Assembly: GCA_963823665.1 (NCBI GenBank)
Contig: CAWGMQ010000006.1
Coordinates: forward strand, 512,001-576,000
Direction of reading: 5' to 3'
Source: an uncultured Planctomycetota bacterium
GTDB taxonomy: Bacteria > Planctomycetota > Planctomycetia > Isosphaerales > Isosphaeraceae
DNA: 64,000 nucleotides
Shown here: positions 1 through 8,969 of the stretch, one piece after another
Numbering within the stretch: position 1 is the first letter of the stretch
Layout: every line of letters begins with the position of its first letter
The notes under the pieces: generated by a model
What the model was told of the DNA's origin: nothing
What the model saw: only the letters and a program-made list of their open reading frames with translations
Databases searched by the model: none
Made by a program: the position numbers and the translations under genes

Positions 1-44
1 TACCCTGTATTTCGCCGAGTCTAATCGCGAGATTCGACCCTGTA

Positions 45-710
45 ATGAATACGATCGTTCTCTACGACGACACGGTGGATATTCCGAGCGGGATCACCGA
101 TCTGAGTGCGTTTCGCCGCTGGGCGCACTCCGATGAGTTCCCGGAGACCGGCCGGATCTGTTTTCTCGATGGGCGAGTGTGGGTTGACATGAGTAAGGAA
201 CAGGTTTTCACGCACAACCAGCTCAAGCAAGAGTTCAATCTTGTGCTCGGCGGGTTGGTCAAGGCGCAGCGCCTTGGTCGTTTTTTTCCGGACGGCGTGC
301 TATTGACGAACGATCGAGCACAGCTCGCTTGCCAGCCGGATGGCACATTCGTCAGTCGCCAAAGCCTGAAGTCCGGGCGAGTTCGCCTGGTGGAGGGAGA
401 GAAAGGAGGCTATCTCGAGCTCGAAGGGACGCCCGACATGGTCCTCGAAATCGTGAGCGCCAGCTCGGTCGAGAAGGACAAAGAGGTGCTTCCCGAGCTG
501 TACTGGCGCGCGGGGATCCCCGAGTACTGGTTGGTTGATGCCCGGGGAGATGGCCTCGAATTTCAGATCTTCCGACGCGAGCCCGGCGGCTACACGGTCG
601 TACGCAAGCAACGAGGCTGGCTCAAGTCCCGCGTCTTTGGCCGATCTTTCCGTCTGTCCCAAGGGATCGACGAAGCCGACAATCCTGAATACAGCTTGTC
701 GGTCCGTTAA
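45..710 (+). CDS. Uma2 family (DUF820) PD-(D/E)xK endonuclease-like protein
   Basis: 221-aa ORF with the typical Uma2 motifs QPDGTFV, PDMVLEIVS, DK...Y and GIPEYWLVD. Confidence 0.9.
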   Translation: MNTIVLYDDTVDIPSGITDLSAFRRWAHSDEFPETGRICFLDGRVWVDMSKEQVFTHNQLKQEFNLVLGGLVKAQRLGRFFPDGVLLTNDRAQLACQPDGTFVSRQSLKSGRVRLVEGEKGGYLELEGTPDMVLEIVSASSVEKDKEVLPELYWRAGIPEYWLVDARGDGLEFQIFRREPGGYTVVRKQRGWLKSRVFGRSFRLSQGIDEADNPEYSLSVR

Positions 711-782
711 TTCGGCGCGCCCCTGGAGAGGCACGGTATCCTTGGAATTCCGGAACTCCAACTCGGCGGTCGGGGGTACTCG

Positions 783-1187
783 ATGACCGTGGATATGAGC
801 GGCGAGATGGAGAAGCACGCCCGTGCTGCGGTCGAGATGGTCCGTGAGGAGTACGGGCACGAGCTCGACTTTTCCGAGCCCACGATCGGCGCCGTCGAAT
901 CCATTCTGAACGGGTTCTGGGAGGACGGTGGCAATGAAAACGACCTGTTGGCGACAGTTGCCTTGCTGTTCGGGGCGTACATCGGGGAGATGATCCGCAG
1001 TCACTGGCCTGAAGCGGCCTGGATCGGCGGCTCATTGACGCCCGCGGCTCCGCCTTCCACGCTGCAGGTGGGAGACATCGAGGTGTATCCGATCGCGTGG
1101 TGCTACAAGCGGCTCTACAACGGCCCGGCGGACAGCGTGGTCGACAAGTATCTGAAGTTCCGGCAGGCCATCGCTGAAAGGGAATAA
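783..1187 (+). CDS. Hypothetical protein, DUF3806-like small acidic helical protein
   Basis: 134-aa ORF with LDFS..., LFGAYIGEMI and YPIAW-KR patterns. The family assignment is tentative. Confidence 0.6.
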   Translation: MTVDMSGEMEKHARAAVEMVREEYGHELDFSEPTIGAVESILNGFWEDGGNENDLLATVALLFGAYIGEMIRSHWPEAAWIGGSLTPAAPPSTLQVGDIEVYPIAWCYKRLYNGPADSVVDKYLKFRQAIAERE

Positions 1188-1227
1188 GATGTCGATCCCG
1201 GCGAGGCAGCATTTTAGAGAGGTAACG

Positions 1228-2433
1228 GTGCGTGGCAGGAATAGCGCCCTGGCGATTTTCATCGTCGCCTCATTGACTCATCCGGTCGCCGCGCAAAGTC
1301 AGTGGCCCACGAAGAGCTGGCCTGCCACGGAGCCGCGTGCCGTCGGGCTCGACGCCAAGGTGCTCGAGGCGCTCGATGCGGATATCGCCGCCGGCAAATT
1401 TGGCAACGTCGACAGCATGCTGATCATTCGGCATGGCAAGGTTGCCTTCGAACGGTCGTACAAGCACGATTATGATCGCATCTACAAGGAGCAAGCCCAG
1501 ACGCCCGGCGCGCTGAACCCCCACGATCCAAGCGGCCCGTACAACTACTTCAACCCGTGGTGGCACCCCTATTATCGCCGTGGTGATCTCCACACGATGC
1601 AGTCAGTGACGAAGACGGTGACCTCGGTGGTCATCGGCGTCGCGATAGCGCGAAAGGAGTTTCCCGATCCGGAGACGCCGGTCATGCGATTCTTCGACGC
1701 AGCCGGGGTGAAGAACGTCGACGCGAGGAAGGAGCGTCTGACCATTCGCCACCTGCTCACGATGACAGCCGGGCTGGACTGGGATGAAGACGTCCCCTAC
1801 CAGGACCCCAAAAACACGTGCAGCGTCATGGAGGCGAGCTTCGACTGGGTCAAGTTCACGATCGATCGACCGATGGCCCACGAGCCCGGGACGGTGTTCA
1901 AATACAACAGCGGCGCGACGCAATTGCTGTCGTTTATCTTCAGGAAGGCGACGGGCACCGACATCGAGGAGTACGCCGAGCGGCATCTATTCGTTCCGCT
2001 TGGCATTGAGCGATATTTCTGGAAACGCACGCCGACCGGACTGGCTGACACGGAGGGAGGGCTCTACCTGCGAACGCGCGACATTGCGAAGATCGCTTAT
2101 CTATTCCTCCGGGATGGCGTCTGGGACGGGAAGGCCGTCGTGGAGCGGGACTGGGTGAAGGCGTCACTTTCGCCGAGCGTCACGGTGGCCGCCGGAAAGG
2201 TCAAGTACGGATTCAAGTGGTGGCTTTATTCGTATGGCAAGGAAGGCGATCGCTGGGCGTGGGGCGGATCGGGTTTCGGCGGGCAGAGACCGATCGTGGT
2301 GCCCGAGTACGACCTGGTCATGGTCTTCACCGCCTGGGACATTCTCCCTGGCCGGCCGGCCCTCACGACACGGGTCGCGATCGACCGCGTGATCCAAGCG
2401 GTTGTCGATCGACCGGGTGGTGCGAGCCCATAA
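1228..2433 (+). CDS. Secreted serine hydrolase, beta-lactamase class C / CubicO-like family
   Basis: SxxK (QSVTK), YxS (YNS), LLTMTAG and GFGGQ motifs. GTG at 1228 follows a GAGG RBS and opens a signal-peptide-like stretch (..HPVAA|QS). The longest ORF starts at 1189. Confidence 0.88.
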   Translation: MRGRNSALAIFIVASLTHPVAAQSQWPTKSWPATEPRAVGLDAKVLEALDADIAAGKFGNVDSMLIIRHGKVAFERSYKHDYDRIYKEQAQTPGALNPHDPSGPYNYFNPWWHPYYRRGDLHTMQSVTKTVTSVVIGVAIARKEFPDPETPVMRFFDAAGVKNVDARKERLTIRHLLTMTAGLDWDEDVPYQDPKNTCSVMEASFDWVKFTIDRPMAHEPGTVFKYNSGATQLLSFIFRKATGTDIEEYAERHLFVPLGIERYFWKRTPTGLADTEGGLYLRTRDIAKIAYLFLRDGVWDGKAVVERDWVKASLSPSVTVAAGKVKYGFKWWLYSYGKEGDRWAWGGSGFGGQRPIVVPEYDLVMVFTAWDILPGRPALTTRVAIDRVIQAVVDRPGGASP

Positions 2434-2484
2434 CGTTTCTCGGTGCTCAAGGTCCGGGATCCGTTGATCGCGGGGAAAGCCGAG

Positions 2485-5400
2485 CTAGGCTTGCCGGAAG
2501 CCCGGCACGAGGCATGAAGCCATCCGGGATGGATTGACGATCGACTGGGCGCGCATCCAGGCCTCGGCCTGCTCGACCATCGCGCGGCCGGTGTCTCCGC
2601 CCCGCAGTTGACCGAGGTGATGCCGCGCCGAGGCGGCGAAGAGGCCCATGTCTGCTATCTCGAATCGCTGTACAGCATCGGCCAGAAGCCGCTCAGCTCG
2701 CACGGTATCGCCCCTGACATTGGCCACAGCGGCCCTGATTCCCTGGGCGTGGGCCCGCGTCCAGGGCAATTGCTGGCGATCCAGACGGCGAGCGGATTTT
2801 TCTGCATGACGGAGCAATGGCCCGGGCCCGGCCGAGACCGCCGCCATCGCAACGGCACAGCGCCCTGCGTGCTGGATCACGTCGGCCTGGACCTGCTCGA
2901 TCCGCAACAACAGCGACGACTGCAAGAGCCGCTCGGTCTCCTTGATCCGACGCCAGGCGGCGGCCGCATCACCGGCGTACGAGTCAATATAAAGACTCCC
3001 ATAATAAAAATTGAGATGCTGGATGTGAAAACCTTGATGCGACCATTCTCCGAGCGCCTGGCGGGCGAACCGGCGGGCGCCTTCGACGTCGTCAAGAGCG
3101 AGGGGGATGAAGGCACCGACATAGGGCCCGGGCGTGGCCAGCATGTAGCGATCGCCGCGCTCGCGCGCCTCGTGGAAGATTTCCTGGCAGCGAGTGCCGA
3201 GCTCGGCGAGCCTCCCGAGCGACCACAGTGACCAGAGGGCGAAGATCCGGGTCGTGTCCAGCTCCCAGATGACGCCCGTGCATCGATCACGGAAGATCGC
3301 TTCGGCGCGGTCCGCGAATTCGAGTGCCCGGCGGTAACGGCCAATCAGGAACTCGGCCGCGCCGGCGGAGAGGCTGGCCATGCCCAGCGCATGAGGGTTG
3401 CCGAGCCGGTCCGCCAGGCTGGTGGCGGCTCGAACCAGCCTTTCGGTCCGGCGCCACACGGGCCGTCCCTGACAGGCAACGTGCACGGCCTCCCAACCCA
3501 GGGCCAGTGCAATCCGCGACGGTTCACCGGCCTCGAGCGCCAGCAGCAGGCTTCTTGTCTGGTAGTCGGCTCCCCGGATCACGTCGACGATGCTGATGCC
3601 GATGGCCACCGATCGAGAAATGTCGATCAGCTCAAGCTTTTCGCGTGGCACTTCGGCCTCGGCGCGCTCGTGGAAGCGCAGGCCGCGCAGCCGGAGGCGT
3701 GCGCGGCTCTTCAGAAGGCGCAAGAGTGCGCGGCGCGGCGTGCGCGGCAGGCTCAGTCCCACGCGGTCAAGAATCGCGCCGAAAGCAGAGAGACCCTCGT
3801 CAATGTGTCCGCTTACCAGGAACTGGTAGGCTGCGCGGCGCTGGAGCTCGATCAGCTCGAGCTGATCGGAGCCCGCGGCTGCCTCCTGGTAAACTCGCGC
3901 CGCTTCGACACTGCGACCGACGTTGGCGAGCGCATCGCCCAGCCGCGTGCGAATCCGTCGCGCCGCGGCGGGGTCGGCCGGGCCCAGCTCCAGCGCGCGG
4001 CGATAGAGCTTGACGGCCCGATCAAAGGCCAGTGCCTCGCTCGCCTCGTCCGCCGAGAGAGCGTAGTAGTGGCCGGCGCTCGACTGCTCACCGGCCCCCT
4101 CGAAGTGCACGGCCAGCGTTTCGGGATCCGCCCCTCCGGCCTGATCCAGCTCGGCGGCCAGACGTCGATTTACTTCACGCAAGCGGTCGGCGTCCAGATG
4201 GTTGACCACTGTCTCCCGGATCCGGTCGTGATAGGTTTCCACCTCATCAAGCGATCCCAGGCCCGTACCTCGGATCAGGTGTTGGGCACGCAAGAGTGTG
4301 AGCCCGGAAAACCCCTGATTGCCCAGATCGGCAGCCTTGCAGGCGATCGCCTGCCGAAGCGGCTGGCCCGCGACGGCAAGGATCTCGAGTAGGGCCAGGG
4401 CCTCCGCCGGCAACCTGCCGATCCGCCGCCCGAGTACGCTGTCGAGACTGATCTGGGTCGACAGTGTGCCGCCTTCGCCCAGCTCGCCTCCCTCATCGAG
4501 GTATTCGACCAGCTCGTAGACGAAGTAAGGGCTGCCCCCCGACTCGCGCACGATCGTCTCGGCGAGGGCAACCGCGGCGGGATCGTCCTGACCAATCAAC
4601 CGCAGTGCCAGCTCGCGTCCCTCAGCGAGTGTGAGCGGCTCCAGCGCGACCTCGCGTTGGTCGCGTGGGGCAGAGCCATCGCTCTCTTGCTGCAGAACGA
4701 TGCGCAGGAAGGGGCTGAGCGCGGCGTATTCGCTCCGGTACGAAGCGACCAGAAGAAGCACCGGTGCGTCGGGTGGGCGCAACAACTCCGAAAGCAGAAG
4801 GGCGCTGTCCAGGTCGCCCCACTGGAGATCGTCGATGGCCAGCACGAGCGGACGACGGTCGCCGATGCGCGCCAGCAGCTCGCGAAGCGCGGCGAAGGCC
4901 CGCCGCCGCAGCTCGAGGCGGTCGAGCGAGGTGTGAGGGCGGCTCGGCGCTTCCGCCACGGCCTCCACTCGCCGCAACACGGGGAAAACTTGAGCAAGCG
5001 TCGACATGTCCCGAGGAATGAGGGCATCGGCCTCACGCCGGGACAGCCGGCGCAGGTAGCGCGAAAGGGCATCGATCAACGTGTCGACCGCCTTGTACGC
5101 CACCGACTCCTGTTCATAGCAGCGCCCGGTCAGGATGACTGCGTCGTCGCGCTCGAACAGCCCCTCGAGGAATCGCTGGATGAGGGAGCTCTTGCCAACG
5201 CCCGAGCGGCCGTGAACGAGCACGGTCACCGTTCCGCCCTGGCACGTGTCCTTGAATGCACAGTCGAGCGCGGCAAGCTGCGGCTCGCGGCCCACGAACA
5301 ACCGGCGCAGAGCGGCCATCCGCGACGATTCTCCCGCGCTTCCTCCCAGCCGTCGCAGGATCTCCTCGCCCGATGGACGTTCACGCGGGTCTCGCCCCAG

Positions 5401-6543
5401 CAGATCCATGCACAGCCGGTCCAGTTCCTGGGGGACATCCGGAAACAGCGACGCCGGCGAAGCCGGGTCTGTTCGCTGTTTTTCCATGAGGACCTTCAAG
5501 AACTTGCCCTCGTGCGGCAAGCGCCCCGAGAGTGCCCGGTAGAGCATCACACCCACGGCGTACCAGTCAGTTGCCTCATTCACGGGGCAGCCCGCGGCCT
5601 GCTCCGGAGCCATGTAGGCCGCCGTTCCGACGATGTGCCCGTCCGTCGTCTCCGGGTCTGCCCGCGCATCCACGTTCGTGGACAGTCCGAAGTCCAGAAG
5701 GACCAACCGGCCCTGCCGCGTCACCAGCACGTTCGACGGCTTGATGTCCCGGTGCAGCCTCCCCTGCCCATGCAATTCGGCCAGCACCTCGGCCAACTGT
5801 ATGAGTGCCGCCCGAAGGCGCGCGTAGTCCGGGCGCACGGCGGATAGTCGAACCGGCTCAGCCGGCGGGACGAGCGCCACCGGGTCAACCTCCGTGCCCG
5901 GCAGGGGGGATTCGGATTCTGAGCCGCCGACGGTCGACTCGACTGGGGCGGATCCCGCACGCGGCGGGGACGACGCTTCCGGGTCGAATTCGGTCGAGCC
6001 GGGTCGCGAGGCCCCGGGCCCCAGTCGATCGGTCTGATCCAGGCTCGCGTCGAGACCAGCGCCGGTCGCCTCGGTCCGGGCCGGCCGTGGAGCAAACTCG
6101 GCCTCGGTCGGCGGCGGGCACGCGCCGCCTCCCTGCGCCGGCAAATCTTCGGCCGCCGGGTCGCGCTGAGTCAATCGCCCCGCCCCTGGGGCATCCGTCT
6201 GGCCGAGCGTGTCATCCGCCGGACCGCTGGGCTCGGGGCAGACGTACTCGAGAAAATCCACGCCTTCCACCAGCTCCATCGTGAAGAACCACTCGTTCCC
6301 CTCCGAGAAGAGCTCATGAAGCCGCACCAGGCCGGGATGGGTCATGTCCGCCAGCGAGCGGAACTCTCTCTTGAATCGATAGAGCGAGCTGGCATCCAGC
6401 CGGAGGATGGTCTTGAGCGCAACCCGCTCGTTCCGCTCGCTGTCGAATGCCTCGTACACCACTCCCATTCCGCCCGCGCCCAGGCGCCGCCGGATTGTAA
6501 ACCTTTGCGTACCCGTGAATGTGTCGAGTGGGTTCTTGTGCAA
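2485..6543 (-). CDS. Ser/Thr protein kinase fused to AAA_16/STAND-type P-loop ATPase and TPR-like helical repeats
   Basis: LGAGGMGVVY, VALK, HRDIKPSN, DFG, YMAPE; Walker A GRSGVGKS; Walker B LAIDDLQW; GGSPYF; Ala/Arg-rich helical C-terminus. Start codon (TTG) uncertain. Confidence 0.92.
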   Translation of the reverse strand: MHKNPLDTFTGTQRFTIRRRLGAGGMGVVYEAFDSERNERVALKTILRLDASSLYRFKREFRSLADMTHPGLVRLHELFSEGNEWFFTMELVEGVDFLEYVCPEPSGPADDTLGQTDAPGAGRLTQRDPAAEDLPAQGGGACPPPTEAEFAPRPARTEATGAGLDASLDQTDRLGPGASRPGSTEFDPEASSPPRAGSAPVESTVGGSESESPLPGTEVDPVALVPPAEPVRLSAVRPDYARLRAALIQLAEVLAELHGQGRLHRDIKPSNVLVTRQGRLVLLDFGLSTNVDARADPETTDGHIVGTAAYMAPEQAAGCPVNEATDWYAVGVMLYRALSGRLPHEGKFLKVLMEKQRTDPASPASLFPDVPQELDRLCMDLLGRDPRERPSGEEILRRLGGSAGESSRMAALRRLFVGREPQLAALDCAFKDTCQGGTVTVLVHGRSGVGKSSLIQRFLEGLFERDDAVILTGRCYEQESVAYKAVDTLIDALSRYLRRLSRREADALIPRDMSTLAQVFPVLRRVEAVAEAPSRPHTSLDRLELRRRAFAALRELLARIGDRRPLVLAIDDLQWGDLDSALLLSELLRPPDAPVLLLVASYRSEYAALSPFLRIVLQQESDGSAPRDQREVALEPLTLAEGRELALRLIGQDDPAAVALAETIVRESGGSPYFVYELVEYLDEGGELGEGGTLSTQISLDSVLGRRIGRLPAEALALLEILAVAGQPLRQAIACKAADLGNQGFSGLTLLRAQHLIRGTGLGSLDEVETYHDRIRETVVNHLDADRLREVNRRLAAELDQAGGADPETLAVHFEGAGEQSSAGHYYALSADEASEALAFDRAVKLYRRALELGPADPAAARRIRTRLGDALANVGRSVEAARVYQEAAAGSDQLELIELQRRAAYQFLVSGHIDEGLSAFGAILDRVGLSLPRTPRRALLRLLKSRARLRLRGLRFHERAEAEVPREKLELIDISRSVAIGISIVDVIRGADYQTRSLLLALEAGEPSRIALALGWEAVHVACQGRPVWRRTERLVRAATSLADRLGNPHALGMASLSAGAAEFLIGRYRRALEFADRAEAIFRDRCTGVIWELDTTRIFALWSLWSLGRLAELGTRCQEIFHEARERGDRYMLATPGPYVGAFIPLALDDVEGARRFARQALGEWSHQGFHIQHLNFYYGSLYIDSYAGDAAAAWRRIKETERLLQSSLLLRIEQVQADVIQHAGRCAVAMAAVSAGPGPLLRHAEKSARRLDRQQLPWTRAHAQGIRAAVANVRGDTVRAERLLADAVQRFEIADMGLFAASARHHLGQLRGGDTGRAMVEQAEAWMRAQSIVNPSRMASCLVPGFRQA

Positions 6544-6656
6544 CAGACTACATCCGCGGGAAGGACGGTGAAAGGCGGCGGGTCGGCCGAGCGATGAATC
6601 TCCGGCGGCAAGTATACCCTGGGAAGGAGTCTGTCCGCGAGGAAACCGAGATGTGA

Positions 6657-8969
6657 TCAGCGTACGGGGGCGAAGACGTCCTCCGGCAGCTCGCTGGACG
6701 GGCCGGCGAGGACAGCTTCGGCCTCGGTGGAGAACTGAAGCAGCTCGGCGGCTTTAATCCCATCAAGGTTCTTCGGCTCTCTTTGCCAGCGCGCGGCGCG
6801 ATCCAAGCTCTCGCGGGCCTGGTCGCCATGTCCGAGCCGGTGGTGAGCCATGGCCTGGAATAAGAAGTCGAAGCCGTCGAGCCGGCCGCGGTTGGCAGCG
6901 CGGCTGCGCTCGAGGATGGCAATGGCCTCGGCGTAATGGCCCGCCCGGTACAGGACGACGCCCATCGTGTTGAGGTACGTGCCTTCGCTGGGATGCAGCT
7001 CCACGGCCCGTCGGGCGAGCGCCACCGCGCGGTCAAGATCGCGCCGCGCCACGGGACCGTTGGCCAGCGGCCAGGCAAGGTTGTTGCAGCAAAACGCCAG
7101 CGATTGCCGGAAAACCCACTGCTCGGGTTCGAGGGCCACTGCGGCCTCCAGATCGGCGCTCGCGGGCTGGTACTGCTTCATCCAGCGATAGACCGTACCG
7201 CGCACGGCCCGGTAGTGGGCGTCGTCCGGTCGCAAATGGATCGCTCGCGTCAGGTCGTCGATGGCCTCCGGGTAGCGTAGCAGAGTGGCGTACGCGTGAG
7301 CACGATGATGGAGAGCGTCGGCGTCGTTGGGCTCGTCCATGAGTCGCGCCGTGTACCGCTCGAGCAGGACTGCTCCGCGGTCGTCGAAGTGGCGGTCAAG
7401 CCAGGGAAGGAAGCCGTAGTTGACCCGGAGCGGCGTGAGGAGCGCTAAGGATGCACGGGCCGGGTCAAGGTCGGAGTAGGCCGGCGCGTCCCAGTCGAGG
7501 TGCATGCCGGCGAGTTGCTTGCGGATGGTGCGCAGGTCCCAGACGTGTACGGCCGGACCATCATCGGTGGTCACCACGATCCGCGAGCCGTCGGGGCTGA
7601 AGGCGGCCCAGCCCTGGCACAAATCAGGGCTTTCGAGTCGCGCCAGCGTGCGGCCGGTCTCGGTCTCCACGAGGCGAAATATCTTGCTGTCATCCTGGAC
7701 CACCATCAGCCGCCCGTCGGGGGAGAAATCATAGCCATGACCGCCGATCTGCCTCGCCTCTCGCCAGGTGCCGACTTCCCAGAGCCGGCAGGGCGAATTC
7801 TCCGTCATCAGCCATTTCCCATCAGGGCTGAAGGTGACGCCCCCCGAACCATAATCGAGGGGAAGGTCGGCGACTTTTTGGAAATCGGAGGTCCGCCAGA
7901 CCTGGGCACCGCGACTCTCGATGTGGGTACCGGTCGCCAGCCATTGCCCGTCGGGACTGACGGCGACCCTGCGGCAGTCCACCAGCGGGCCCACACGGGC
8001 TGAGAGTTCGGGAGTCGTGACATAGGCATAGGTGTAGTCGGCCTTGGCCACGATCCGGCCCGACCGGTCCTGCGCGATTCCACAGTATCCCAGCGGCAAG
8101 GCAAGCCCGCGCGGCGGGCCCATGCCGGATTCGCCGCCGTCTGAGTCGAGCCGGATCGGCCACCGATTCACGCCGAGCGCGCCACTGGTGATCAAGTCAC
8201 CGGAGGAATCGAACATCACGTTCCACGTGGTGCCGATCGCCGCGAAGGCAAGCTCGGTGCCACGGGCCAGATCCCATAGCACCACACCCTGATCGGTACC
8301 GACGGCGAGCAGCCGGCCATCATGCCTGATCGTCGGGCGTTGATAGTCCATCTGCCGGCCGGAAATATGAGCGAACGTCCGGTATTCCAGGGCCGGGTCG
8401 ACCTGGTACGTGGTGAGTTTATCCTCGAGCGAAACGACGACCCTCCCATCCCGGCTCATTTCGGGGTTGGATTCGCCGGTCACGGTCAGCCAGTTCCGGC
8501 CCAGGATCGCATCCCACAGCCATAGTCGCCCTTCCCAGCCGTTGCTGATCAGCAGCGTGCCGGCGGGGTGGAAAGCGACGTGCACGCCCTTGGCGCTGTG
8601 GCCTTCCAGGGTCGACGTGCGTATGCCGCCCGCGGCATCCCAGACCATGATCTTTCGATCATCAAACGGGATAGCCAGCGCGGTGCCGTCGGGACTCCAC
8701 GCGACGCCGGCCGGGTTGGGTGGGAGGGCGATGGTGCTGACCTGCCGGCCCGTTTCCGTCTCGAGGATCACGCAGGCGGGGCCGTTTTTTTCGTCATAGA
8801 GGACCGCGATCCGGTTGCCGTCCGGCCGGATAGCGAGGCCCCGTGCCGGTCCGGTCCCTCGGTGCTGCCGGGCGATCCGACGGTTCGCGAGATCGTGGAC
8901 CACCAGCGCTCCATCAGTACGGGCCAGGATCAGCCGCCGGCCATCCGGGGCGAACTGGATCGCTCGCAC
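6657..8969 (-). CDS. WD40 + TPR region: C-terminal part of the frameshifted Ser/Thr kinase gene 6657-11009
   Basis: Repeated FSPDG/WSPDG/WD units, then TPRs (YPEAIDDLTRAIHLRP, YLNTMGVVLYRAG). This frame continues the upstream ORF from about 9005. Confidence 0.88.
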   Translation of the reverse strand: MRAIQFAPDGRRLILARTDGALVVHDLANRRIARQHRGTGPARGLAIRPDGNRIAVLYDEKNGPACVILETETGRQVSTIALPPNPAGVAWSPDGTALAIPFDDRKIMVWDAAGGIRTSTLEGHSAKGVHVAFHPAGTLLISNGWEGRLWLWDAILGRNWLTVTGESNPEMSRDGRVVVSLEDKLTTYQVDPALEYRTFAHISGRQMDYQRPTIRHDGRLLAVGTDQGVVLWDLARGTELAFAAIGTTWNVMFDSSGDLITSGALGVNRWPIRLDSDGGESGMGPPRGLALPLGYCGIAQDRSGRIVAKADYTYAYVTTPELSARVGPLVDCRRVAVSPDGQWLATGTHIESRGAQVWRTSDFQKVADLPLDYGSGGVTFSPDGKWLMTENSPCRLWEVGTWREARQIGGHGYDFSPDGRLMVVQDDSKIFRLVETETGRTLARLESPDLCQGWAAFSPDGSRIVVTTDDGPAVHVWDLRTIRKQLAGMHLDWDAPAYSDLDPARASLALLTPLRVNYGFLPWLDRHFDDRGAVLLERYTARLMDEPNDADALHHRAHAYATLLRYPEAIDDLTRAIHLRPDDAHYRAVRGTVYRWMKQYQPASADLEAAVALEPEQWVFRQSLAFCCNNLAWPLANGPVARRDLDRAVALARRAVELHPSEGTYLNTMGVVLYRAGHYAEAIAILERSRAANRGRLDGFDFLFQAMAHHRLGHGDQARESLDRAARWQREPKNLDGIKAAELLQFSTEAEAVLAGPSSELPEDVFAPVR

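Noticed and set aside
1228..2433. Antibiotic-resistance beta-lactamase call
   Set aside because: It has SxxK but YxS and no KTG triad, which fits the broad esterase/amidase branch better; substrate unknown.
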